In this document: in pieces, positions 52,932 to 63,290 of the stretch | How positions within the stretch are numbered: position 1 is the first letter of the stretch | Layout: each line of letters starts with the position of its first letter | Assembly: GCA_950097015.1 (NCBI GenBank) | Contig: CATNEN010000039.1 | Location: forward strand, 16,926,001-16,990,000 | Length of the DNA stretch: 64,000 nucleotides | From: Macrostomum hystrix | Taxonomy: Eukaryota; Animalia; Platyhelminthes | Direction of reading: 5' to 3' | Notes under the pieces: model-generated | What the model saw: the letters and a program-made list of their open reading frames with translations, nothing else | The model's database searches: none | What the model was told of the DNA's origin: nothing | Made by a program: the position numbers and the translations under genes

Positions 52932-55900
52932 CACAGACAGACAGACAGACAGACAGACAGATGGACAGACAAACAGCCCCTCACCACCCACAGTATGTCA
53001 GTCCGGCTATCGGTTCCATGCCCTTATCGGCATCGGCAGCTGTCCTCTGTGCCAGGAGGTCCTGACGTTGGGCAGTTCAACGAGGGTGCCAACGGTAGTT
53101 GTTCCAGTTGGGGCTCTGTGCCATTTGGACGTTGGCGTTGACGGAGCTCTGAGAGGTTCGCAGCGTTGTCATAGACTTTTGAAGGGATGAAAGATACAAG
53201 GGAAAGAAGAGGATGTAAGGGGGAGAACAGGATGTAAGATGGGAAGAACAGGCTGTAAAGGGGGAATAACAGGATGTAAGAGGGGACGAAAAGGCTGTAA
53301 AGGGGAACAATCTGTAAGGGGGGAGAACAGAATGTAATTACGAGCGTACGTATATGTCATTGCGTAGGTAGAGTTGGACTAAAGGAAAAGTACCCTTTCC
53401 TTCCCCAAATTTATCTTCTTCTCCTGAATTAGGTTTCGTCGGTACTTTAGAGCCAGCCGAGTTTCTGTCCGCTGCTGCATCGGCACTGAGTCACGAGTCT
53501 GTCGCTGCCAAATCAATCATTGTCTTCTTTGACAGCTATCAAGGTGAGAGATTTGGCTGAGCACAGAAAATATATAAAATAACGAAGATAAGATCCCACC
53601 CAACAGAATGGTCAGATCCCACCTAACGGAATGGTGAGATCCCACCCTAATAAAAGGTGAGATCCTACTCTATGAAAGGTGAGATCCCACTCTATGAAAG
53701 GTGACATCCCACTCTAAGGTGAGATCAAAGGTGAGATCCCACTCTATGAAAAGCTAAGATCCCACCCTATGAAAAGGTGAGATCCCACCAAATGAAAGCT
53801 AAGATCCCACTCTACGAAAAGGTAAGATCCCACCCTACGACCCTGAGATTTCAGGTGAGAACTGAGATTTCACCTAATCAAAACAAGCGGTTCATTCTAT
53901 TCAGACCAGCACACGGTGCGGCAGTTCCTGTTACAACTGTCTTCGATGGAAATTTCAAGCGCACCCTACCAGGTAGATCTGGACGGTTTCTCGATTGCGA
54001 AGGCATTGACTGGCGAGCGAAAAACTCGGCACTTTTGCGTCATAATGAGTGAGACGTCAGCGCTTCGACTGCTGTCTGAGGTTCGATTCTGGAATTCCAT
54101 CGCTAAACAGTCTTTGTTAAACTCAAAAGTCATAATCGAAAGAGAAGCTGTTTGAAAGTATTTTCGAAAGGGGTTCGAAATTGTGACCGTAAGGTCGAGA
54201 GTTCGATTCTCAGCCCAAGACAAGAAATCAAAATTTTAACATTGTTTAGAACTCAATCATTCTCAGAGGCATATTTATTAACCGCACGTTAGAAATCTTT
54301 AAATCTTTTGGATAATTCTAAGACTTTCGCAGAATGTTAGATTCTTAGAAACTATAAAGAAAAAAAACAGATTCTTAGAAAAATTCTACCAGAGAGTAAA
54401 ATATTCTTAGAAACAGCCTGAAAAAAAACAGATTCTTAGAAACATACCCGGGAAGAAGTTATTTTTAATATCATCCTAGAGTTACCTACGAAATTATTAG
54501 ATTCTTAGAAAATCCCAAAAATTGGTCTTGGGCAGTAACGGATTCTTAGAAATGTCCTTGAGAATAAATAATTCTTAGAAGCGTGCCGGAAAATAACGGA
54601 ATCTTAGAAAAAATACTAGAAAGTAGCAGATTCTGAGAAACATACAGGAGGAAATAAGTCCTTAGTAACACAATAGAGAAAAAATGAGACATCATGGATA
54701 ATAAGATATTCTTAGAAAAACTCTAGAGAAGTACGGATTCTAAGAAATAAGAAACATCCTAGAATCTAATTCTTAGAAACATCTTGGAACCTGAAAGATT
54801 CTTAGAAACTTCTTGGAACCTGAAAGATTCTTAGAAACATCTTGGAACCTGAAAGATTCTTAGAAACATCTTGAAAACTGAAATATTCTTAGAAACTTCT
54901 TGGAACCTGAAAGATTCTTAGAAACATCTTGGAACCTGAAAGATTCTTAGAAACATCTTGGAACCTGAAAGATTCTTAGAAACATCTTGGAACCTGAAAG
55001 ATTCTTAGAAACTTCTTGGAACCTGAAAGATTCTTAGAAACATCTTGGAACCGGAAAGATTCTTAGAAACATCTTGAAAACTGAAATATTCTTAGAAACA
55101 TCTTGGAACCTGAAAGATTCTTAGAAACATCTTGGAACCTGAAAGATTCTTAGAAACATCTTGGAACCTGAAAGATTCTTAGAAACATCTTGGAACCTGA
55201 AAGATTCTTAGAAACATCTTGGAACCTGAAAGATTCTTAGAAACATCTTGGAACCTGAAAGATTCTTAGAAACATCTTGGAACCTGAAAGATTCTTAGAA
55301 ACATCTTGGAACCTGAAAGATTCTTAGAAAGATCTTGGAACCTGAAAGATTCTTAGAAACATCTTGGAACCTGAAAGATTCTTAGAAACATCTTGGAACC
55401 TGAAAGATTCTTAGGAACATCTTGGAACCTGAAAGATTCTTAGAAACATCTTGGAACCTGAAAGATTCTTAGAAACATCTTGGAACCTGAAAGATTCTTA
55501 GAAACATCTTGGAAACTTTGCGTTTCCAATTGAGATTTCGTTTGCGTTTTGAACTTCTGTAGACCATACATGCAAGACTTAATTTCTCTTCACCCACAGG
55601 CAATTAAAGTGAAAGCAGTTAGTCGCAGCAACTTCTGGCTCCTGCTGGACACTGGAGACATTCGGCCTCGCTTGTTGCAGAATCTTCTTCAATCCGAAGC
55701 CTCTGTTAATGAAAGCAACAGCGCAAACTTCATGCTGATTCGAAGCTCTTCCTACGGCCTTGCAGCTGGCGGTGTTTCTGAGTCCTGTCCACTGTCTGTA
55801 GCCTCCGTGTTCCCAAAGTGCGATCCGTTGTCCATCCGAGTAAGATTCACAAATGCAGTGATCGATATCTATAATTTCTTCAAAAACAAAACTCCCTTAC

Positions 55901-58900
55901 GCCTATTGGCTGGAACCGCTATTTAAACAAAAATGTCTTACCTCTTCAACCCCACCTCACTTCTCCCTATCTTAGCCGTCAACCTCACGCCAAATTGAAA
56001 AAAACCTCTGATTGGTCAGCAGACATTGTCCAATCAGCGATCAGTTAAGAAAAATGTATCATTTAAATAATTTAGAGTTCGGAGCTTCGAGCAGTTGACG
56101 CAATCCTGGCCGTTAGCAAAGCTCTGGCACAAATGCCGCCACTTTTTAACCGAAACGAATTCGGAAACTGCCAATGGAAATGGAGCGGCGGCATGGAAGC
56201 GACACAACAGATTGAAAAGGTTTGAAATGGACTAGAAGGAGTGTAAACAGGACTAGATGGAGTGTAAACAGGACTAGATAGTGTAAACAGGACTAGATGA
56301 AGTGTAAACAGGACTAGATGGAGTGTAAACAGGACTAGATGGAGTGTAAACAGGACTAGATGGAGTGTAAACAGGACTAGATGGAGTGTAAACAGGACTA
56401 GATGGAGTGTAAACATGACTAGATAGTGTAAACATGACTAGATAGTGTAAACATGACTAGATGGAGTAAACAGGGCTAGATCGAGTGTAAGCAGGACTAG
56501 ATGTAGTGTTAACAGGACTAGATGGAGTGTAAACATGACTAGATGGAGTAAACAGGGCTAGATCGAGTGTACGCAGGACTAGATGTAGTGTAAACAGGAC
56601 TAGATGGAGTGTAAACATGACTAGATAGTGTAAACATGACTAGAAGGAGTGTAAACAGGACTAGATGGATTGTAGATAGTATTATGTTGAATTTAAACAG
56701 GATTAGCTGTTTAAACTTGACTAGACGAAATCGCTTTTGCCCAGAAAGAAGCAAAAATAGACTTTCTAAAAATGATTTCAGCTGAGCAACTTTGCCACTC
56801 CTTTGTCTGTTATTAACTTCAATCCCAAGACGCATTGGTCTAACGCGAGTCTCGAACTATTAGCCAGCTATTCAATTCGTGATTTTCCATCTGGTCGCAT
56901 TGTAAAAGGTAATCGTTTAGTGCAGACTGCAACTTTTGTTGCTAAGGCCGGACTAACCGTGACCTTCAAATATCACAACCGGCTGCTGGTCTTTCCCAAC
57001 ACCTTCGTGGACTTCGGAGGCCGCACTTTGAAGGTCTGCGCGCCAGATGTGAGTAAATAGTGCATGTGAATGGAGTGTCTGTGAATGGAGTGTCTGTGAA
57101 TGGAGTGTCTGTGAATGGAGTGTCTGTGAATGGAGTGTCTGTGAATGGAGTGTCTGTGAATAGAGTGTCTGTGAATAGATTGTCTGTGAATAGATTGTCT
57201 GTGAATGGAGTGTCTGTGAATGGAGTGTTTGTGAATAGAGTGTCTGTGAATGGAGTGTTTGTGAATGGAGTGTCTGTGAATGGAGTGTTTGTGAATGGAG
57301 TGTTTGTGAATGGAGTGTCTGTGAATGGAGTGTTTGTGAATGGAGTGTTTGTGAATGGAGTGTCTGTGAATGGAGTGCCTGTTAGTTTCACAATCCGTAT
57401 TAATCTGCTCGTGGTTCCCCTGTCCGTCTGTGAGCAGTTCAGACCGTTCACCTACTACACAAACGGTAGCGCACAAGGCTACTCATCTGAGCTGATGGCC
57501 CTGCTAGGCGAACATTTGAATTTCTCGTGAGTATAAAATAAAATATGAGTCAGTTTCTCGGCCCATAATCTGCATTTCTAGAAGCTTCTGTCAGAGTTTC
57601 AGTGGCGCAGGCTCCGGACTTGCAGTTCGGTGCCCCGGTTGCTGGTAGCCAGTTCTACTCCGGCTGCATCGGCGAAGTCCAGAGAGGAGTGAGTAGACTC
57701 ACAAAGCTGCCCCCCCTCAAATAACAGCGGGGATTTCTGGGATTTCTGGGATTCTATTAGCTTGGGGATAAAATGGATTTTCGGGATTCTGTTAGCTTGG
57801 GGATAAAAAATGATTTTTGGGATTCTATTAGCTTGGGGATCGAATGGGATTTCTGGGATTCTATTAGCTTGGGGATAAAATGGGATTTCTGGGATTCTGT
57901 TTGCATGGTAACACAATGGGATTTCTTGGATTCTGTTAGCTTGAGGATAAAATGGAATTTCTGGGATTCTATTAGCTTGGGGATAAAATAGGATTTTCGG
58001 GATTCTGTTAGCTTGGGGATAAAATAGGATTTTCGGGATTCTGTTAGCTTGGGGATAAAAAAGGATTTTTGGGATTCTATTAGCTTGGGGATCGAATGGG
58101 ATTTCTGGGATTCTATTTGCTTGGGGATAAAATGGGATTTCTGGGATTCTGTTATCATGGTAACACAATGGGATTTCTTGGATTCTGTTTGCATGGTAAC
58201 ACAATGGGATTTCTGGGATTCTGTTAGCTTGGGGATAAAATGGGATTTATGGGATTCTATTAGCCTAGGGATAAAATAGGATTTTCGGGATTCTATTAGC
58301 TTGGGGATAAAATAGGATTTTTGGGATTCTATTAGCTTGGGGATAAAATAGGATTTTCGGGATTCTGTTAGCTTGGGGATAAAAAAGGATTTTTGGGATT
58401 CTATTAGCTTGGGGATCGAATGGGATTTCTGGGATTCTATTTGCTTGGGGATAAAATGGGATTTCTGGGATTCTGTTATCATGGTAACACAATGGGATTT
58501 CTTGGATTCTGTTTGCATGGTAACACAATGGGATTTCTGGGATTCTGTTAGCTTGGGGATAAAATGGGATTTATGGGATTCTATTAGCCTAGGGATAAAA
58601 TAGGATTTTCGGGATTCTATTTGCTTGGGGATCAAATGGGATTTCTTGGATTCTGTTAGCTTGGGGATAAAATGGGATTTCTGGGATAGCTTGGTAACAC
58701 AATGGGATTTCTTGGATTCTGTTAGTTCATGACAAAATGGTATTTCCGGAATTCCCGCAGAACGTTGATTTCGCTCTGCCCTTTGCTGTCACCACCGTCC
58801 GCGCTCGAGTGGTCGACTTCGTCTCCGACTTCCTGGCTACGTCGAACAGCATCCTGGCGAAGCGACCTCCGCCGTCCAGCAAGATGTGGAACCTGTTCAC

Positions 58901-59175
58901 ACCGCTGAACCCGCTCACCTGGCTAGCACTCCTGGGAGTACTCTTTGGCGGCTCCCTGACTGTTTTCCTGCTGGCTGCCTACAGTCCATTCACCGCCTGG
59001 AACCTCGGCCTGTCGTACGCCTTCGCCGACGAGGTCTGGTACAAGGAGTACCTCTGGTCAATGACTGGCAGCCTGCTGCAGCAGGGCCAGGACTTTTATC
59101 CGTTTGCTGTCAGTCCGAGAACCGCAATGACATTCTGGTGGCTGTTTATCACCATCATCTTCGCCGCTTACACTG
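52607..59175 (+). CDS. Second ionotropic glutamate receptor-like gene (divergent), 5' ten exons through the start of M3; S2/M4 exons not in the window
   Basis: Exons 52607-52844, 52994-53155, 53433-53543, 53905-54080, 55600-55839, 56076-56219, 56782-57048, 57438-57526, 57595-57688, 58761-59175 (donor could instead follow 59179). Phases consistent, about 645 codons. Signal peptide, ATD, S1 ([41 protein letters not shown]), M1, pore GSLLQQG, M3 [14 protein letters not shown]. Confidence 0.85.
54338..55515. repeat. 29-bp minisatellite GATTCTTAGAAACATCTTGGAACCTGAAA preceded by a degenerate zone keeping only ATTCTTAGAAA
   Basis: Homogeneous at about 54770-55515; degenerate at 54338-54770. Confidence 0.93.
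56228..56670. repeat. 21-bp minisatellite GTGTAAACAGGACTAGATGGA
   Basis: Intronic tandem array. Confidence 0.93.
57065..57380. repeat. 15-bp minisatellite GTGAATGGAGTGTCT
   Basis: Intronic tandem array. Confidence 0.95.
57735..58730. repeat. 36-bp minisatellite GGGATTCTATTAGCTTGGGGATAAAATGGGATTTCT with a 324-bp higher-order duplication
   Basis: Identical translated blocks start at 58049 and 58373. Confidence 0.93.
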
Positions 59176-59176
59176 G

Positions 59177-59292
59177 TGCGTAAGTCTAGGGCAGATGTAC
59201 ACTGCCTGACGATGAGAAAGTCAGGGCAGATGTACACACCTGTCCTGACTTTCTCATCGTCAGGCAGTGTACATCTGCCCTAGACTTACGCA
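59177..59292. repeat. 116-bp near-perfect palindrome (49-bp perfect arms 59177-59225 and 59244-59292)
   Basis: TGCGTAAGTCTAGGG...AAAGTCAGG is the exact reverse complement of CCTGACTTT...CCCTAGACTTACGCA; the centre also pairs apart from one G-T and one A-C. Confidence 0.95.
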
Positions 59293-59312
59293 GGGCAGAT
59301 GTACACACCTGT

Positions 59313-59383
59313 GCTTCCCCAAGTGGCCCAGCCTTCACGAGGCGGGAAGCGGACGGGGCATCAGCCCTGGCAAAAAGGACCAC
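59313..59383 (+). ncRNA. HDV-like self-cleaving ribozyme at the LINE 5' end
   Basis: P1 GCUUCCC(59313-19)/GGGAAGC(59344-50); P2 GUGGCCC(59323-29)/GGACCAC(59377-83), 6 of 7 paired; P3 GCC/GGC; L3 UUCACGA; P1.1 GG(59351-52); P4 CGGGGC/GCCCUG; putative catalytic C59371 in G-C-AAA. Confidence 0.8.
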
Positions 59384-59543
59384 AACAACAGAAGGGAGAT
59401 GGAAGGAGGGAGTGGGCGCAGGCCCACCCCGAATCACCAACCCTTTTTGGCAACGACGACAGGAAGTAGCCGACCCTGGCGTCGATGAAACTAAGGCCAA
59501 CCAACCCTGGAGAAGAGGAGGAGAGCGGAGGACGGAGGGAGCA

Positions 59544-62500
59544 ATGTGCAACGACGACGAGAGACGGGCAACAGGAGAAATTAAATGGAGACTGGCGACA
59601 ATCGAAAAGAACCCGGGACCTAAAACGGCGCAAGAGAGAAAAGCGAGACAGATTAGACGCAAAAAGAGGAGAGAGAGAAGGAGGACCAGACGGAAAATCA
59701 CAAGGAGAAACTGGGCCGGACAAGAAAATTTTCGAATATCGACCTGGAATGTACGAAGGGCCAACATATACGACAGTCGTTTCGGGGAAATAATAAAGAA
59801 GACCATCATGGAAGGATGGCAGATCACTATGATCACCGAACTTAACGCCCGAAGCGAAGGGATAAAGACATACCACCACGGCGATAAACAAGTAAGCCTG
59901 ATCCATACAAAAAAGGTGGGCATCCTATTGGACGAAGACACAGCGAAGCTGTGGAACGACTCGGGGAGATATGTGAAATTCGCAGACAGAGCAATCTTCG
60001 TTAGAATCTATGACATGAGCCTGATAAGCGTGTATTACCCAGTGCAAGGCAGCAGCACATACCATGCAGAATTAAATAACCTCTGCTTCGAGATAGAGAG
60101 ATACATACACATCGAAGCGAAGAACAAGCCGCTATTGATAGGAGGAGACTTTAATGCCCAGATAGGGCGATCACCCGAGGCAAACGGGCAACACAGGGGG
60201 AAGTTTGGCCTCCCGCAAACAAACAAACAAGGTGAGGACTTGATAAACTGGGTAACGGAGAATGAGTTGACTTGGCTGAATTCGTTCTGTAATGCAAAGA
60301 GGCGCGGAACCTGGAGGAACCCGTCCAACCACAGGTGGTACGAGCTGGACGGCTTCATCACCAGATCGAAGGACAGAACCCGACTGATCAAATCAATCAA
60401 ACTACATCAAATTGGGGACCTCTCAGACCACGCCCCCAGAACGGTCATACTCAAAAAACTTCTCCTACAGCCAGAGACCGAGGAAGAGCGCGCAAACAGA
60501 CACAAGGCAAAGAAGAAGAAACGCGCAAACATCGACTGGCAAGTCCTCCACTCCCAGGAGAAGAGAGAACAACTCCAAGATGTGATGACGAAACGCTACA
60601 CAGAATCGACCGATAAGACCTGGAAAGAAACAGCAAGGATCATAGTTGAAAGTGCTAAAGAGGTGTGTGGAACAAAAACCAAGCAAACAAATCCATGGAT
60701 GATCGGGCACGAGGAAGAGTGCCAGGAGAACAACCGCGAACTAGCGGAAGCCCTGCACAGACGCAACGCGGCCAAAGAAGTCCAACCAGACAACCTAAGA
60801 AGACAAGCCCTAGAACTCGCAAAACGGACCGTACAGGAGGTTAGAAAAAGACACAAAGCAAACCTACGGAAATGGGAAGAAGAATGGTGGGACAAGCTGG
60901 CGGACGAGTGCAGAGAAGCAGCGGACCTAGGGAAAATAGGACTAGTCTATCAGAAACTAAGAATACTAGACCACAGAGGCAGCACCAACAACTGTCAGAC
61001 GGACACCATATTCAGCGAAAAAGAATTTAAGGAACACATGGAAAAGGTGTCAGGTACGCGCTTTGAGAACGACCCGCAGACAATGATGGAACTGCTGAAA
61101 TCGATCAAGGTGAGAAAACCAATTAACGGCGACATGACGTTGACCGAGTTAACCGCACCGATCACGGACGCGGAGATCGACAGGACAATGATGGAGATGA
61201 CGGACAAGGCCCCGGGGGAAGACGAAATAAGGATAAACTACCTCAAGTACGCGCCCACGGACATCCGGGCAGCGACACGGGAACACATAAGGTACCTATA
61301 TCATCACCCAGCAACCGAATGGGAAGACGAAGAGAAGTTAGGGATAGTCATACCACTTTTCAAGAAGGGCGACCGCCGGGACCCAGCGAACTACCGAGGG
61401 ATCTGCCTATTACCAATGCTGAGCCGCATACTGGCCCGCATACTGGCGAAAAGAATCCGAAACTGGGCGGAAGCCCAAGAACTGTTTGATGACAACCAGT
61501 GTGGCTTCAGACAAGGCCGGTCCACAGCGGACAGTGCCCAGATTTTTGTCAGGCTACATGAGGACATCCGCGAGTATCTAGCGGCCAAGGAAGGAGCGAT
61601 GGACCAGAACATGGAACATGAAAACATCGCAATACTGCTGGACATCCAGAAGGCGTACCCAAGGATCTGCAAACCGCTTCTGTGGGAGATGCTAAGACGC
61701 CTGAAGATGCCAGACGCCATAATCAAGAAGCTACAAGACCTCCATGAAGAAACAGCTTACAAAGTACAAGGAAGACAAGCGACGAGCGAGGCATGGTACC
61801 CGGAGAGAGGATTAAGGGAGGGCTGCCCGACCTCACCAGTCCTGTTTAACATCTACCATCAGATATGTATCCGGAGAGCGGAAGAGATGCGGAGGGAAGC
61901 GGCGGAGGCGAAAAACACACCATGCGGAATCGCATGGGCCTACCCTGTGGGAAACGCACTACCACCCCAACGCACAAATCAATTCAACTCCGAGATGAAA
62001 CTACATCATTTCCAAACGTCCCTGTTCGCGGACGATACTACCCTGATAGGAAATCGCGACGAACTAAGGGAAGGCCTGGAGATCACAAAAAGATGTATGT
62101 TAGATTTTGAGGAGAAGACGAACGACGCTAAGGAGGAGATCATGAGACTGGGAACGGAGGAAGGCGGCAACATCAGAATGTTAGGCAGCTGGACGGACAG
62201 GAAACGCGACATGAAAGAACGGACTCAGAGAGCCATGAAGAGTTGGCAAGCAATCAAGAAACGGTTCTGCAGATGCAAACTGACCAAGAAAACGCAAGCC
62301 AAAGTGGTAGAGGCATGTATTGAGAGTGTGCTTCTCTTCCACGCAAACGTGCGCCCGTTCCACATTTCGGAGATGAAAGCGCTGCAAAGGAGCGTAGATA
62401 AGATATACCGCTACATATGGAGCGCAAAGGAAATGGAGCCCCTACGCGAGATGGAACAGCGCGGATACAACATGCAAGACATCAGGACCGAACTCAATGT

Positions 62501-63290
62501 AGGGACGATCAGAATGAAGATCGAAAAAGCCCATCTGATACGAATGGGACACGTCCTCAGGATGCCCGACGACCGACAGACCAAGAGGGCGGTCTTGGGT
62601 TGGTTCAAGGGCCTGGAACACCTACCGAAACCCAGGAGAAGGAAAAATTACACCATAAATTTCTGGAGAAAACTCGCGAAGGAAGGGGGACTTGAACCGA
62701 CAGAAGTCGAACGTCTCGCCAAAGACAGGAAAAAATGGAAGAGCTGGGTGGCCGAGAGGATCCGACACATTGAGAAGTGGGATCACAGCCAAGGAAAACG
62801 GAGCACCGGCCCCCCACCGGAAAGCCGGTGTGCCCCGAGGAGAGAAGAGTCGAAGACCAGCGGATTCCAATGCGAGTATGAAGGCTGTGGCAGAATTTGT
62901 AAATCGAAGGCAGGACGCGCGATACATCAAAAAAGGATGCACACACGACCGGTATCCCCGGTAAGGTTCACGTGCCCAAGATGCGCGGAATCTTTCCTAC
63001 AAGAAGCCACAAGCAAGAACCACATGAAAGTGTGCAGAGGAGAGAAAGAAACATCAGATGGTAAAATGGAATGTACTAGCTGCAACAGAGAAATATCGAA
63101 GTCGAACATGGCTCGCCACAGACGAGCCTGCAAGAACCCGATGGGACAAACGGCCGGGACACAGGCACAACCCGACAACGGAGTGGTGGCACGCAAGCAC
63201 ATCAGGAAGAGGAAGGACTGTGACAGGTGCGGCAGGAACCTAACGGCCACTAACATGGCCAGGCATCAGCGCACATGCACAGGAAATTGA
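59544..63290 (+). CDS. LINE polyprotein: 2A-like leader, AP endonuclease, reverse transcriptase, four C-terminal zinc fingers
   Basis: First in-frame ATG at 59544 (frame open from 59313). APE motifs TWNVR, ITE, GDFNA, SDH. RT motifs NYRGICLL, QCGFR, GLREGCPTSPVLFN, LFADD. RTE-type GHVLRMPDDR. One C2H2 and three C2HC fingers. No RNase H seen. Confidence 0.93.
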   Translation: MCNDDERRATGEIKWRLATIEKNPGPKTAQERKARQIRRKKRRERRRTRRKITRRNWAGQENFRISTWNVRRANIYDSRFGEIIKKTIMEGWQITMITELNARSEGIKTYHHGDKQVSLIHTKKVGILLDEDTAKLWNDSGRYVKFADRAIFVRIYDMSLISVYYPVQGSSTYHAELNNLCFEIERYIHIEAKNKPLLIGGDFNAQIGRSPEANGQHRGKFGLPQTNKQGEDLINWVTENELTWLNSFCNAKRRGTWRNPSNHRWYELDGFITRSKDRTRLIKSIKLHQIGDLSDHAPRTVILKKLLLQPETEEERANRHKAKKKKRANIDWQVLHSQEKREQLQDVMTKRYTESTDKTWKETARIIVESAKEVCGTKTKQTNPWMIGHEEECQENNRELAEALHRRNAAKEVQPDNLRRQALELAKRTVQEVRKRHKANLRKWEEEWWDKLADECREAADLGKIGLVYQKLRILDHRGSTNNCQTDTIFSEKEFKEHMEKVSGTRFENDPQTMMELLKSIKVRKPINGDMTLTELTAPITDAEIDRTMMEMTDKAPGEDEIRINYLKYAPTDIRAATREHIRYLYHHPATEWEDEEKLGIVIPLFKKGDRRDPANYRGICLLPMLSRILARILAKRIRNWAEAQELFDDNQCGFRQGRSTADSAQIFVRLHEDIREYLAAKEGAMDQNMEHENIAILLDIQKAYPRICKPLLWEMLRRLKMPDAIIKKLQDLHEETAYKVQGRQATSEAWYPERGLREGCPTSPVLFNIYHQICIRRAEEMRREAAEAKNTPCGIAWAYPVGNALPPQRTNQFNSEMKLHHFQTSLFADDTTLIGNRDELREGLEITKRCMLDFEEKTNDAKEEIMRLGTEEGGNIRMLGSWTDRKRDMKERTQRAMKSWQAIKKRFCRCKLTKKTQAKVVEACIESVLLFHANVRPFHISEMKALQRSVDKIYRYIWSAKEMEPLREMEQRGYNMQDIRTELNVGTIRMKIEKAHLIRMGHVLRMPDDRQTKRAVLGWFKGLEHLPKPRRRKNYTINFWRKLAKEGGLEPTEVERLAKDRKKWKSWVAERIRHIEKWDHSQGKRSTGPPPESRCAPRREESKTSGFQCEYEGCGRICKSKAGRAIHQKRMHTRPVSPVRFTCPRCAESFLQEATSKNHMKVCRGEKETSDGKMECTSCNREISKSNMARHRRACKNPMGQTAGTQAQPDNGVVARKHIRKRKDCDRCGRNLTATNMARHQRTCTGN

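Noticed and set aside
54338-54770. CRISPR-like repeat/spacer appearance
   Set aside because: The core is only about 11 bp, spacing is irregular, it merges into a satellite inside a eukaryotic intron, and there are no cas genes
997-58635. Dozens of long ORFs (for example 8439-9541, 18250-19390, 24771-26174, 30874-32154, 48249-49963, 57757-58635)
   Set aside because: They coincide with tandem repeats lacking stop codons, are open in several frames and strands, and often lie in introns of real genes
59206-59222. Hammerhead-like CTGACGA...GAAA in the MITE TIR
   Set aside because: Only 3 nt are available for helix II and none for helix III; it folds better as a simple hairpin CTGAC/GTCAG
59186-63256. 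Antisense and alternative-frame ORFs within the LINE
   Set aside because: Expected shadows of a long biased coding frame; no independent motifs
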